From the sequence record DRR723986_21240: 37,638 nt of DNA. One strand, 5' to 3'. Below, in pieces: positions 10,187 through 19,479 of the stretch (position 1 is the stretch's first letter; each line of letters starts with the position of its first letter). Under the pieces are notes generated by a model. It searched no databases and was not told where the DNA came from. It saw nothing but the letters and a program-made list of their open reading frames with translations. A program made the position numbers and the translations under genes.

Positions 10187-10708
10187 ATGAAAAACTTACT
10201 ACTTCTTCTTTTTTTATCATTTTTTGCCAACTTGGGTTCGGCTCAAGTTACGGTTGAAAATGATCCAAGTCTTGATTTTCAGAAGGATTTGGCTGAGAGA
10301 ACTCATTTTGAAAAAATTAATTTTTCTTTACAGAGCCCTCTACATTTTATTGTTCCTGACACTGGTTTTATTGGATTTATTCATTCAGGGGCAGGTGGTT
10401 CTATCGCTATAGTTGAAGTACCTTATCGTTCAGCATCTAATGTCGCGGACGAATTCGCAAATAAAGATTTTACGGCGTCAAATTCAAAACTAATATCGAA
10501 CGAAAAAATAGTACTGAATTCGGGAGTTGAAGGCACTTTGTATAAAGTTCACTTTGCAATACAAGATCAACTTGTCGAACGATTGGTTATGATAATAGGA
10601 ACGGATAAAAAAACATACATGGTTTTTGCTAATTATCCTGCAATGATATCACCAGTTCTAAACCCTGTCATAATTGCTTCTTTTAAAACTGCTTTGTTTG
10701 AAGAGTAA
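10187..10708 (+). CDS. Exported hypothetical protein (possible PsbP/DcrB-like alpha/beta fold)
   Basis: Signal peptide MKNLLLLLFLSFFANLGSA|Q, no CTD. The fold guess comes only from the strand/helix pattern. Confidence 0.75.
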   Translation: MKNLLLLLFLSFFANLGSAQVTVENDPSLDFQKDLAERTHFEKINFSLQSPLHFIVPDTGFIGFIHSGAGGSIAIVEVPYRSASNVADEFANKDFTASNSKLISNEKIVLNSGVEGTLYKVHFAIQDQLVERLVMIIGTDKKTYMVFANYPAMISPVLNPVIIASFKTALFEE

Positions 10709-13700
10709 AATCATCATATCGCTATTATTGGTTTTAAGTCAAGGTATTTCGCATGCCCAAACTACAACCATGAGTGACAACGTGATGTTCTCTACTTCAC
10801 AACAGAGCATTTGGGGACCCGGCAATGCCTATGTTTCAGATATTGATGTGCCATTGTTCAACGTGCCTTGGAATACCAGTTTCGGGCCAGTTGGTGGAAT
10901 CACCAATGTTGGCTATGGTTTTGGAAGCTGGGGTGGACAAATTTCAGCAGGCACCTGGGGTAATATTGGCGCGAGATTCTATATGAAGGGGATTACAGCA
11001 GGATATGTAGATGTGGATTACCCCATTCAAGCTGACATTACGTACCCAAGTGCAAACACGATTGACAGAGGAACCTGGGTCACCGTCAATACGGATTACA
11101 ATGTCACAAATGGCTGGGCTTTAAACTCTTCACCGCCATCAATGGGTGAGACAGCTCTGGAAATGACCACTAATTTGAACGCTTATATTCATCCGACTGT
11201 TTGTATTGGATACTGTACTTCGCCTAATGTTGATGTAAATGTCAATGAGACATTCCCTATTTTTAAAATAAATCAATATGAGGCTATATACCCTGGGGTA
11301 ACGGGCTCTTATACAGGCTCCTGTCCACCTCCTGGCTTTGGGTATTGTACTAGTCCTACCCCTACTGGTGCATACACTCTTCCTGCTTGGATAAAACAAT
11401 CTGGCTTCCCGGTAATGATGCCAAATAATGGTTTAGGGATTTCAGGTTTTCTTGATTTACCTACGACTCAAACAAATGATTATATATACGGAAACTGCCT
11501 AGGAGCCTTCGGAAGTAAACATTATGTGCAAGTAGGCGTTGATTTGATTAAATTCATGGGGAATTTTATTCCAGGCCCGGTCGGTGTTGTAATGAAAAAC
11601 TTATCGAATTCATATAATATCGGACCAGTGAATTTCACCTATAATCTCTTTTCTTCGACACTGCAATTGAATTTGCATAACCAGCATCAATTTAATTTCT
11701 GCCCTAATGTTGAGGGCACTTTCAACTTTCCGGTTCCTATGAATTTTGAAGAAGTTGATCCAATTTCCGGGGCTATTCTTGAAACCGGTTTCTCTCAATC
11801 TGCTACGGTTGATTTAGGAAACGATTTACGCGTAGAATACCCTTGTAATTATGAATTTGCGGATGTAGATATGAATTATAATATTAAAAATGAGGACAAT
11901 TTTACGAGTCATATCTATGATTCCTTGGCCCTCGATTTTATTATCGAAGCACTTCAATTCGATCTTTCATTAAACAGTTTTCAATTGTTCCCTGGGATAT
12001 GGATATCTCCTGTTTGCGCATCCGTTCCTTACCCTTGCGGAACCTGGAGTAAACCATGGAAAATTTGCTGGAAAACAGTTTGCGTGCCACCTGTTGGCTT
12101 TTGGCTAATTCCACCAATTAATATTCCAGGATTCTCGATTGGAACAGGTGGACCGTTAATTAGTATCCCGTTCTCTCTGGCTAATTTTAAGTATGATTGG
12201 TATCAAGGAACTTATCCGCTAGGTGGATTTACTGCTCAAAATGGCGGCACGTTCACTTTGGATGCCATGGAATACTCTGCGAGTGCAACCGGATTGGATG
12301 TAGATTGTAAAGGTGATGCGACTGGCGAAATGACGGCAACTGTCGTCAACGGCGTTGCCCCATTCACTTTTACATGGCCTGATGGAACGATTACGAATTC
12401 TGCCACTCAGTCATCTACCAATTCAAATTTGTTGGCAGGTTATAATTATGTCACAATAGAAGATGCTAATAATTGTCAAGTTGTTACGGACATCTTCTTA
12501 AACGAACCTTCTCAAAACCTTGAGATATATAACTCCACTTCAACGGATGTTGATTGTTTCGGAAATTCAAATGGGCAAATCACAATTAGTGTAACTGGAG
12601 GAACTCCTCCTTATAGCTATGTTTGGACAGGAAGCGGAAGTACAACCAACTCAGCCACAAACCTAGGCCCTGGAACATATAATGTTACCGTTACTGACGC
12701 TAAAAACTGTACAACAACTGGTTCTTATACAATTACCGAACCTACCGCAGTAGCAGCGGTAGTTCAAGTTAACAATGATGTTTCGTGTTTTGGAGGAAAT
12801 GATGGCTCAGCCACGGTGACAGGCTCAGGAGGAACTTATCCATATACTTATTTATGGTCAACTGGTGGCCTAAGTTCTACTGAAAATGGACTTGCTGCTG
12901 GACCTCATTCGATAGATCTAACTGATGCTAAAGGATGTCAAACTACAGTCAACTACAGCATTACTGAACCTGCAGCACCTTTAGCATTAAGCATTACTTC
13001 ACAGCCTGTGCTCTGTAAAAACGGCTCAGACGGTTCTATTGATTTAACAGTTGCAGGCGGAACAGCACCATATACGTTCAAATGGTTTAATCAAAATTAT
13101 GTCCAGCTGAGTGCCACCACTGAAGATTTAAATGGCTTGAGTTCTCAAACTTATATTGCCGAAGTAACTGATAGTAAAGGTTGTTTGGATACGATTTCTG
13201 TTCTTGTTGGAGAACCGGTTGCCGAATTAACGTCATCTTTAGTTTCTCAAATCAATGTTTCTTGTTTCGCAGGCTCTGACGGGGCCATTGATGCTCAGGT
13301 TACAGGAGGAACACTGCCTTATGCATACAACTGGTCCAACGGTGGGGTAACAGAAGATATCACTGGAATTCCGGCGGGCAACTATATTTTAGATATTTTA
13401 GATGCAAATAATTGTACTAGTCAACTAATTATTGATATCACGGAGCCAAATGCTCCACTTGCTTCTTCTTTGACATTTGAAGATGTGTTATGTAATGGTG
13501 ATGCTTCTGGTTCTATTGACCTCACTGTATCTGGCGGAACAGCACCATATACTTATGCTTGGAACAACAGTGCAACCACAGAAGATATCAGTGGGCTAAT
13601 TGCTGGACCATACAACGTTGTAATTACGGATGCCAAAGGTTGCAACACAAATAATAATGCCACCATTAGTGAACCTACCGCACTTACTATAAACCAATCT

Positions 13701-15356
13701 TCAGTGGACGTGCTCTGTTTTGGTGGAAATGATGGAAGTTTAGCCGTTACAGTTAATGGTGGGGTTACTCCTTATGATTATTCATGGTCTGATGGAGCAA
13801 ACAATCAATTGAGCAACAGCACTAACGCCATGTCAAACTTGTATGCAGATACTTACAGTGTAATTGTCACGGATTCGAATGCATGTACAATATCAACTTC
13901 AATAACTATTGATGAACCTACTGCTCCAATTAGTTTAACTGAAGTAACTACGAATGTGCTATGTAGAGGTGACAACACTGGTGAAATTGATGTCACAATT
14001 ACGGGGGGTACAAGCCCTTACACTTATGTTTGGTCAAATGGTGCGACAACTGAAGATATTTCAAATTTATTTGCCGGAGACTATACATTAACTGTTACAG
14101 ATGCAAACGGCTGCATAGATAGCATTTCAGCAACAGTAACCCAACCCGCCTCAATAGTACAAATTGTTGTGGATAAAAAAGATGTACTCTGTAAGGGAGA
14201 CAATACCGGATGGGCATATGCAACAGTTTCTGGAGGAATTGGTCCTTATTTAATTAACTGGAGCAATGGAGACATTACAAACTTAACTGATACATTGATG
14301 GCTGGTACATATACCGTACAAGCAATTGATGCAAATGGATGCGTTGCTAATTCAGGAACCGTTATTAACGAACCGTTAACTCATGTAACCTTCTCTGCAA
14401 CATCAATTGACGCAAGTTGTTACGGCAGTAATGATGGATCAATTACTGTCACTCCTATGGATGGGGTTATGCCATACACCGTAATATTTGGAGACACATC
14501 CATCAACTTATTCAATAATAACTTAAACAGTTATACTATTGAGAATCTACATAAGGGAACTTATCCTGTTCAGGTCGAAGATGGCAACGGCTGTAGATAT
14601 TTAGACAGCATATTTGTAGATCAACCAGATTCGTTGACGGTTATTGGAACACCTATTGACGCGTTGTGTTTTGGATCGAGTGATGGTGCTATTTCTACAA
14701 TAATACAAGGAGGAACCACTCCGTACACAACAATTTGGTCGAACGCAACTGTTAATCAACAATTAGTTGGAGTGCCAGCAGGCTGGTACACTGTTAATAT
14801 TATAGACTTCCATGGTTGCACAATTCAAGGAACTTGGAGAGTTGAACAACCAGACGAAATATTAATTTCACCTTCTGTCACTGATCCAACATGTAGAGAT
14901 AACGAAGACGGTTCTATTACTATATTTACAGAAGGAGGAATTCCTGGTTATGATTATCTATGGTCAAACTCGGAAATTACGAGTGACATTTTCAACTTAG
15001 CACCGGGACAATATGTTTTGATTGTCACTGACCAAAATGGCTGTGAAAAATACGATACCTTGAACATCAATTTAACCGACATTGATTGTATAGCTCCACC
15101 TAACGCTTTTACTCCAGATGGAGATGGTTATAATGACACATGGATACTTGACAATCTTGATAATTATCCTGAAGCAGAAGTAACGATTTTCAATAAATGG
15201 GGGAACATAGTCTATCAAACAAACGGTACTTATACTCCTTGGGATGGAAGCTTCGAGGGTAAAATATTACCAGCTGCAACTTATTATTACGTGATTAAAT
15301 TAAACAATGGTACCGCACCTTATTCGGGAGCAGTTACCCTGGTTATTCATAAATGA
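10698..15356 (+). CDS. SprB-repeat protein with ~500-aa uncharacterised N-terminal head and gliding-motility-associated (type B) CTD
   Basis: TTG 10698 gives signal peptide MKSKIIISLLLVLSQGISHA|Q and overlaps the upstream stop. 12 SprB repeats (VxC.G...GGTxPYxYxW...DANGC). CTD PNAFTPDGDGYNDTW...IFNKWGNIV...WDG...TYYYVI...GAVTL. Confidence 0.9.
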   Translation: MKSKIIISLLLVLSQGISHAQTTTMSDNVMFSTSQQSIWGPGNAYVSDIDVPLFNVPWNTSFGPVGGITNVGYGFGSWGGQISAGTWGNIGARFYMKGITAGYVDVDYPIQADITYPSANTIDRGTWVTVNTDYNVTNGWALNSSPPSMGETALEMTTNLNAYIHPTVCIGYCTSPNVDVNVNETFPIFKINQYEAIYPGVTGSYTGSCPPPGFGYCTSPTPTGAYTLPAWIKQSGFPVMMPNNGLGISGFLDLPTTQTNDYIYGNCLGAFGSKHYVQVGVDLIKFMGNFIPGPVGVVMKNLSNSYNIGPVNFTYNLFSSTLQLNLHNQHQFNFCPNVEGTFNFPVPMNFEEVDPISGAILETGFSQSATVDLGNDLRVEYPCNYEFADVDMNYNIKNEDNFTSHIYDSLALDFIIEALQFDLSLNSFQLFPGIWISPVCASVPYPCGTWSKPWKICWKTVCVPPVGFWLIPPINIPGFSIGTGGPLISIPFSLANFKYDWYQGTYPLGGFTAQNGGTFTLDAMEYSASATGLDVDCKGDATGEMTATVVNGVAPFTFTWPDGTITNSATQSSTNSNLLAGYNYVTIEDANNCQVVTDIFLNEPSQNLEIYNSTSTDVDCFGNSNGQITISVTGGTPPYSYVWTGSGSTTNSATNLGPGTYNVTVTDAKNCTTTGSYTITEPTAVAAVVQVNNDVSCFGGNDGSATVTGSGGTYPYTYLWSTGGLSSTENGLAAGPHSIDLTDAKGCQTTVNYSITEPAAPLALSITSQPVLCKNGSDGSIDLTVAGGTAPYTFKWFNQNYVQLSATTEDLNGLSSQTYIAEVTDSKGCLDTISVLVGEPVAELTSSLVSQINVSCFAGSDGAIDAQVTGGTLPYAYNWSNGGVTEDITGIPAGNYILDILDANNCTSQLIIDITEPNAPLASSLTFEDVLCNGDASGSIDLTVSGGTAPYTYAWNNSATTEDISGLIAGPYNVVITDAKGCNTNNNATISEPTALTINQSSVDVLCFGGNDGSLAVTVNGGVTPYDYSWSDGANNQLSNSTNAMSNLYADTYSVIVTDSNACTISTSITIDEPTAPISLTEVTTNVLCRGDNTGEIDVTITGGTSPYTYVWSNGATTEDISNLFAGDYTLTVTDANGCIDSISATVTQPASIVQIVVDKKDVLCKGDNTGWAYATVSGGIGPYLINWSNGDITNLTDTLMAGTYTVQAIDANGCVANSGTVINEPLTHVTFSATSIDASCYGSNDGSITVTPMDGVMPYTVIFGDTSINLFNNNLNSYTIENLHKGTYPVQVEDGNGCRYLDSIFVDQPDSLTVIGTPIDALCFGSSDGAISTIIQGGTTPYTTIWSNATVNQQLVGVPAGWYTVNIIDFHGCTIQGTWRVEQPDEILISPSVTDPTCRDNEDGSITIFTEGGIPGYDYLWSNSEITSDIFNLAPGQYVLIVTDQNGCEKYDTLNINLTDIDCIAPPNAFTPDGDGYNDTWILDNLDNYPEAEVTIFNKWGNIVYQTNGTYTPWDGSFEGKILPAATYYYVIKLNNGTAPYSGAVTLVIHK
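12267..15089 (+). repeat. 12 SprB-type repeats (75-83 aa)
   Basis: First Cys codons at 12306, 12555, 12786, 13014, 13263, 13491, 13716, 13962, 14190, 14418, 14667 and 14892. Confidence 0.9.
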
Positions 15357-18300
15357 GATTGAAAATCAAACATACCCTACTCCTATTCTTATTTTTTGCC
15401 TTTGTGTCGATAGGGAAAGCTTGTCCTAATGTGACCTTATCTGCAACTAACGTTACTTGTTTCGGAGGCTTTGATGGTACAGTTGATATTCAGGTTACAG
15501 GACCCAACGGTCCGTTTAACATTTCATGGAGTCAAGGATCATCAAGCGGAACATTTAATAATGTCCCATCAGGAACGGTCTCTCAACAAGGCGGACTCCC
15601 GGCTGGAGTATTTTCGGTTTATGTTGTAGATCAATTAGGGTGTACTTCCACTAAAACCATCACTGTTTATCAAGCATCAGAATTAACAGGGAACATCACA
15701 GCTATAGATGTTGACTGTAAAGGTGATGCCTCTGGAATTGCAGACTTGACACCGTCTGGAGGAACACCTCCTTACTTTTTCAATTGGTCAAACGGTGCAA
15801 CAAGTGAAGATTTAATTAATGTAATAGCAGGGAATTATTCAGTTATAATTTCAGATATCAATGGATGCAGCATGACTACAGCTTTGCCTACCACAATTAA
15901 TGAACCAGCTCAGGCCGTTCAATCATCAATTGTGGTGAGCAATGTAAGTTGTGAATTCGGGACAGATGGTAACGTTGATTTATCAGTTTTTGGTGGAACA
16001 CCACCTTATACTTTTGACTGGAATGGTGGCACCTACTTAACAGAAGATTTAACCAATATACCGGCCAACACTTACACCGTGCTTGTACAAGATTCAAAAG
16101 GTTGTGTTGAGACAAATTCTGCTGTAGTAACAGAACCCTTAATGTTGAATGCCTCAATGGTTGGATTTAATGTCCTTTGTAATGGAGATGCCACAGGATC
16201 TATTAATTTGACGCCTCAAGATGGTACACCGCCCTATTCATTTACTTGGACAAATAGCTCATTTACTTTAGGAAATACGGAAGATCTATCTGGACTGGTA
16301 GCCGATACTTATACTGTGACCATTACAGATGCTAACGGCTGCACAGCAAACGGATCCTACACGGTTACTGAACCGTCACAAATAACTGCGACCTTTGCTT
16401 CGGTTGATGTGAGTTGCTTTGGTTTTTCGGACGGTTCAATAAATATGACCACAACTGGTGGCTCTGGGGCAAATGTTTATACATGGAAAAACTCTGGAGG
16501 TTCTATTGTTGGTACAACTGAGGACCTAAATAATATTCCGGCAGAGACCTATACAATAACAATTGAAGACGCTAACAACTGTATCCACACTGATGATGTT
16601 GTGATTAGCCAACCGTTAACTCCTGTTACAGTGAGTTACACCAAAGTTGATGTGTTATGTAACGGTGACAATACCGGAGCAATCGACCTAACTGTGACAG
16701 GAGGAAGTCCAGGTTATGTATATTCCTGGTCAAACACGGCTATTAGTCAAGATTTAACAAATTTATTTGCAACCACCTATTCTGTTGTAGTTACAGATGT
16801 GCAGGGCTGCACAGAAACCGTTGTAATCCCAATTATTGAGCCATTGCAGCCTTTAAATGCAACTTATTTAGTTCAAGATGTTCAATGTTTTGGAGACAGC
16901 ACCGGGGTAATCGATATGACAACAACAGGTGGAACAACACCGTATGATTTTTCATGGGAAAACTCAGTTTTCGCCTTAAGTGTTTCATCTGAAGATATTA
17001 TTAATTATGGTGCTGACACATATTACGTAACAGTTACGGATAACCACAACTGCGTTTTTGAGGACACCATTATTATCAATCAACCTCCAGAAATGATTTC
17101 CTCAATAGTGAAAACAGATGTACTTTGTTATGGAGAAGCTACAGGTATTGCAGATTTAACTGTTACCGGTGGTGTGCAGCCTTATGCTTATAATTGGTCG
17201 AATTTATCCATCCTTCAAGATCAAAACAATGTTGTTGCGGGACAATATAACGTAACTATTAATGATGCAAATAATTGTATTTTATTGGATAGTGTAGAAA
17301 TTGATCAACCTTTAGATACTTTAAATAGTACCCACAACATTGTTGAACCTACTTGTCCTGGCTATACGGATGGTCAGATTTTTTACGTAGCTGATGGAGG
17401 CACTCCGCCATATTCTTATTTCTGGTCTAATGGCCAATTTAACCCCAATGCCTTCAACTTAAGTTCCGGTGCCTATTTTATGACATTAACTGATGCTAAT
17501 GGATGCGTTCGAGTTGATTCTATTTTCCTAACTCAACCAGATTTCGTAACGATTAATTCGGTAATTGAAGATGTTAAGTGTTTTGGAGGAAATGACGGAA
17601 GCATTGACATCACGCCAATAGGAGGAAGCCCTCCATTTACATATGATTGGACTAATTCAACTTACGAATTAAGCACCGCAGATGAAGATTTATTCGGATA
17701 CACAACAGACATTTATACGGTTACTGTGACTGACGTAAACAACTGTGATTTTACGCAATCTTTTATTATTAATGAGCCACCTTTATTAGAGGTGAGTTAC
17801 GTTACTCAAAATATTTCATGTGCGGGTGCTTCTGACGGCGGAATTGACCTAACCATTACAGGAGGTACTCCAACTTACAGTGTACTCTGGGACAACGGGG
17901 CGACCACAGAAGATTTAATTGATCTCGGCTCAGGAACTTACGTCTATTCTATAAAAGACTTCAACGCTTGCAATGTAACAGATACCATTGATTTATTTGA
18001 ACCTACACCTATAACTTTTAACGCTGTTGTCACTGCTGTAACCTGTAGAGATCAAACAGATGGGACCATTGAAATATTTGCTGAAGGCGGATATGGAGAT
18101 TTCACTTACAGCTGGTCTCACGGTACCACTGCAAATCCCGTAACGAATTTACCTGGAACCGATTACACTGTGACCATTACTGATTTGGTTGGTTGTAGCG
18201 CTGACACTACGATTACCGTTCCGGTTACTGACATTCAATGTTTAGAAGTTCCCACCGCCTTTACCCCTAATTTTGATGGATATAATGACGACTGGCAAAT

Positions 18301-18505
18301 CACGAACATTTACTTATACCCTGAATGTTCTGTAGTAGTGATGAATGAGTGGGGAAAAATTGTATATCAAATTGATGGTGGGTATAACGAACCTTTTGAT
18401 GGTACATTCAGAGACAGAGATCTTCCTGCCTCAACCTACTATTATATTATTGATTTGAAAAATGACATTAAGCCCTATACTGGTGCTGTAACAATTGTGA
18501 GATGA
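15353..18505 (+). CDS. Headless SprB-repeat protein with type B CTD
   Basis: ATGA overlap with the upstream stop. The signal peptide leads directly into 12 SprB repeats. CTD VPTAFTPNFDGYNDDW...NEWGKIV...STYYYII...GAVTIVR. Confidence 0.92.
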   Translation: MRLKIKHTLLLFLFFAFVSIGKACPNVTLSATNVTCFGGFDGTVDIQVTGPNGPFNISWSQGSSSGTFNNVPSGTVSQQGGLPAGVFSVYVVDQLGCTSTKTITVYQASELTGNITAIDVDCKGDASGIADLTPSGGTPPYFFNWSNGATSEDLINVIAGNYSVIISDINGCSMTTALPTTINEPAQAVQSSIVVSNVSCEFGTDGNVDLSVFGGTPPYTFDWNGGTYLTEDLTNIPANTYTVLVQDSKGCVETNSAVVTEPLMLNASMVGFNVLCNGDATGSINLTPQDGTPPYSFTWTNSSFTLGNTEDLSGLVADTYTVTITDANGCTANGSYTVTEPSQITATFASVDVSCFGFSDGSINMTTTGGSGANVYTWKNSGGSIVGTTEDLNNIPAETYTITIEDANNCIHTDDVVISQPLTPVTVSYTKVDVLCNGDNTGAIDLTVTGGSPGYVYSWSNTAISQDLTNLFATTYSVVVTDVQGCTETVVIPIIEPLQPLNATYLVQDVQCFGDSTGVIDMTTTGGTTPYDFSWENSVFALSVSSEDIINYGADTYYVTVTDNHNCVFEDTIIINQPPEMISSIVKTDVLCYGEATGIADLTVTGGVQPYAYNWSNLSILQDQNNVVAGQYNVTINDANNCILLDSVEIDQPLDTLNSTHNIVEPTCPGYTDGQIFYVADGGTPPYSYFWSNGQFNPNAFNLSSGAYFMTLTDANGCVRVDSIFLTQPDFVTINSVIEDVKCFGGNDGSIDITPIGGSPPFTYDWTNSTYELSTADEDLFGYTTDIYTVTVTDVNNCDFTQSFIINEPPLLEVSYVTQNISCAGASDGGIDLTITGGTPTYSVLWDNGATTEDLIDLGSGTYVYSIKDFNACNVTDTIDLFEPTPITFNAVVTAVTCRDQTDGTIEIFAEGGYGDFTYSWSHGTTANPVTNLPGTDYTVTITDLVGCSADTTITVPVTDIQCLEVPTAFTPNFDGYNDDWQITNIYLYPECSVVVMNEWGKIVYQIDGGYNEPFDGTFRDRDLPASTYYYIIDLKNDIKPYTGAVTIVR
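15422..18241 (+). repeat. 12 SprB-type repeats (75-86 aa)
   Basis: First Cys codons at 15458, 15716, 15950, 16178, 16415, 16658, 16886, 17126, 17354, 17579, 17819 and 18044. Confidence 0.9.
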
Positions 18506-19476
18506 TGATTTTGAAGAGAATATTATTAGTACTTTTAATTAGTTTGGCATTTGGAGCAAAGTCACAACAAGTGGGACTTAACTCTCAATATATGTTCAAT
18601 ACGTTCTTGCTAAATCCAGCTGTGGCTGGGAGTAAGGAATATATACCAATTCACGCAAGTGTTAGAAAACAATGGGTTGGCATTGCTGAAGGCCCTGTAT
18701 CCCAATCAGTAACGGCTCATGGTTATAATGGATTCAATTTTGGAATTGGTGGAGGTATTTTTAATGAAACTACCGGACCAACTAGAAGAACTGGATTAAA
18801 TTTCAGTACAGCCTATCATTTAGTGCTTAAAGGAAGCAGCAGTAGAACTCAACAAATGACCATGTCATTCGGATTAGGAGGAACCATTACGCAGCATGTT
18901 TTAGATAAAAACGCATTAACTACCTATTTACCTGATGATCCAACAATCATTTCTGCCTATAACTCAACCTTAATTCCAGATTTAAACTTTGGGTTTTTAT
19001 TGCATAAAGGAAATAAATGGGAAGTAGGTATGTCAGCTATGAGTTTGGTTCAAACCAATGTAGATATATATAATTTGGGGAATGAAGTGAGAAACCGATT
19101 GGTGAGAAATTATTTTGTCCATGGGTCATATACTATTGATGCTGGATCTGATTTCAAAATTCAACCTTCTCTCGTCTTTAGAATGATTGAAGCCCTACCA
19201 ATGCAATTTGATATCAATAGTAGATTTATTTATCAAGAAAAATATTGGGCAGGAATCAGCTATCGTCATAATGATGCAATTTCTGCAATGATTGGTCTAA
19301 ATATTTACAGACTTCGATTTGGCTATTCATATGATTTCACATTATCAGATATGAGAAATTATAGCGCTGGATCACATGAAATTGCATTTACCTATTTCAT
19401 ACATGGTGAAGGAAAAGGATTTCAATCTAATAAGAGCCAATCTCGAACTAGATACAGACCTACCCCATCATTTTAA
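18502..19476 (+). CDS. PorP/SprF family T9SS outer-membrane protein
   Basis: Motifs SQYMFN..LLNPAVAG, RKQWVGI..GP, WAGISYR and GYSYD...AGSHEI. Lies directly after the type B cargo genes with an ATGA overlap. Confidence 0.93.
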   Translation: MMILKRILLVLLISLAFGAKSQQVGLNSQYMFNTFLLNPAVAGSKEYIPIHASVRKQWVGIAEGPVSQSVTAHGYNGFNFGIGGGIFNETTGPTRRTGLNFSTAYHLVLKGSSSRTQQMTMSFGLGGTITQHVLDKNALTTYLPDDPTIISAYNSTLIPDLNFGFLLHKGNKWEVGMSAMSLVQTNVDIYNLGNEVRNRLVRNYFVHGSYTIDAGSDFKIQPSLVFRMIEALPMQFDINSRFIYQEKYWAGISYRHNDAISAMIGLNIYRLRFGYSYDFTLSDMRNYSAGSHEIAFTYFIHGEGKGFQSNKSQSRTRYRPTPSF

Positions 19477-19479
19477 ATT

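Noticed and set aside
13056-13552. 20-nt exact direct repeat GGCGGAACAGCACCATATAC (13056 and 13533)
   Set aside because: Both encode GGTAPYT in SprB repeats. There is no spacer array, reverse transcriptase or adenine-specific variation, so it is not CRISPR or a DGR.
15353-15424. Possible lipoprotein (Cys directly after signal, IGKA-C)
   Set aside because: Lys makes a poor lipobox, the protein has a T9SS CTD, and the Cys is explained by disulfide parity.
10698-18505. Calling either repeat protein sprB itself, or a split/frameshifted sprB
   Set aside because: Each has its own signal peptide and CTD, both are far shorter than SprB, and no sprC/sprD is adjacent.
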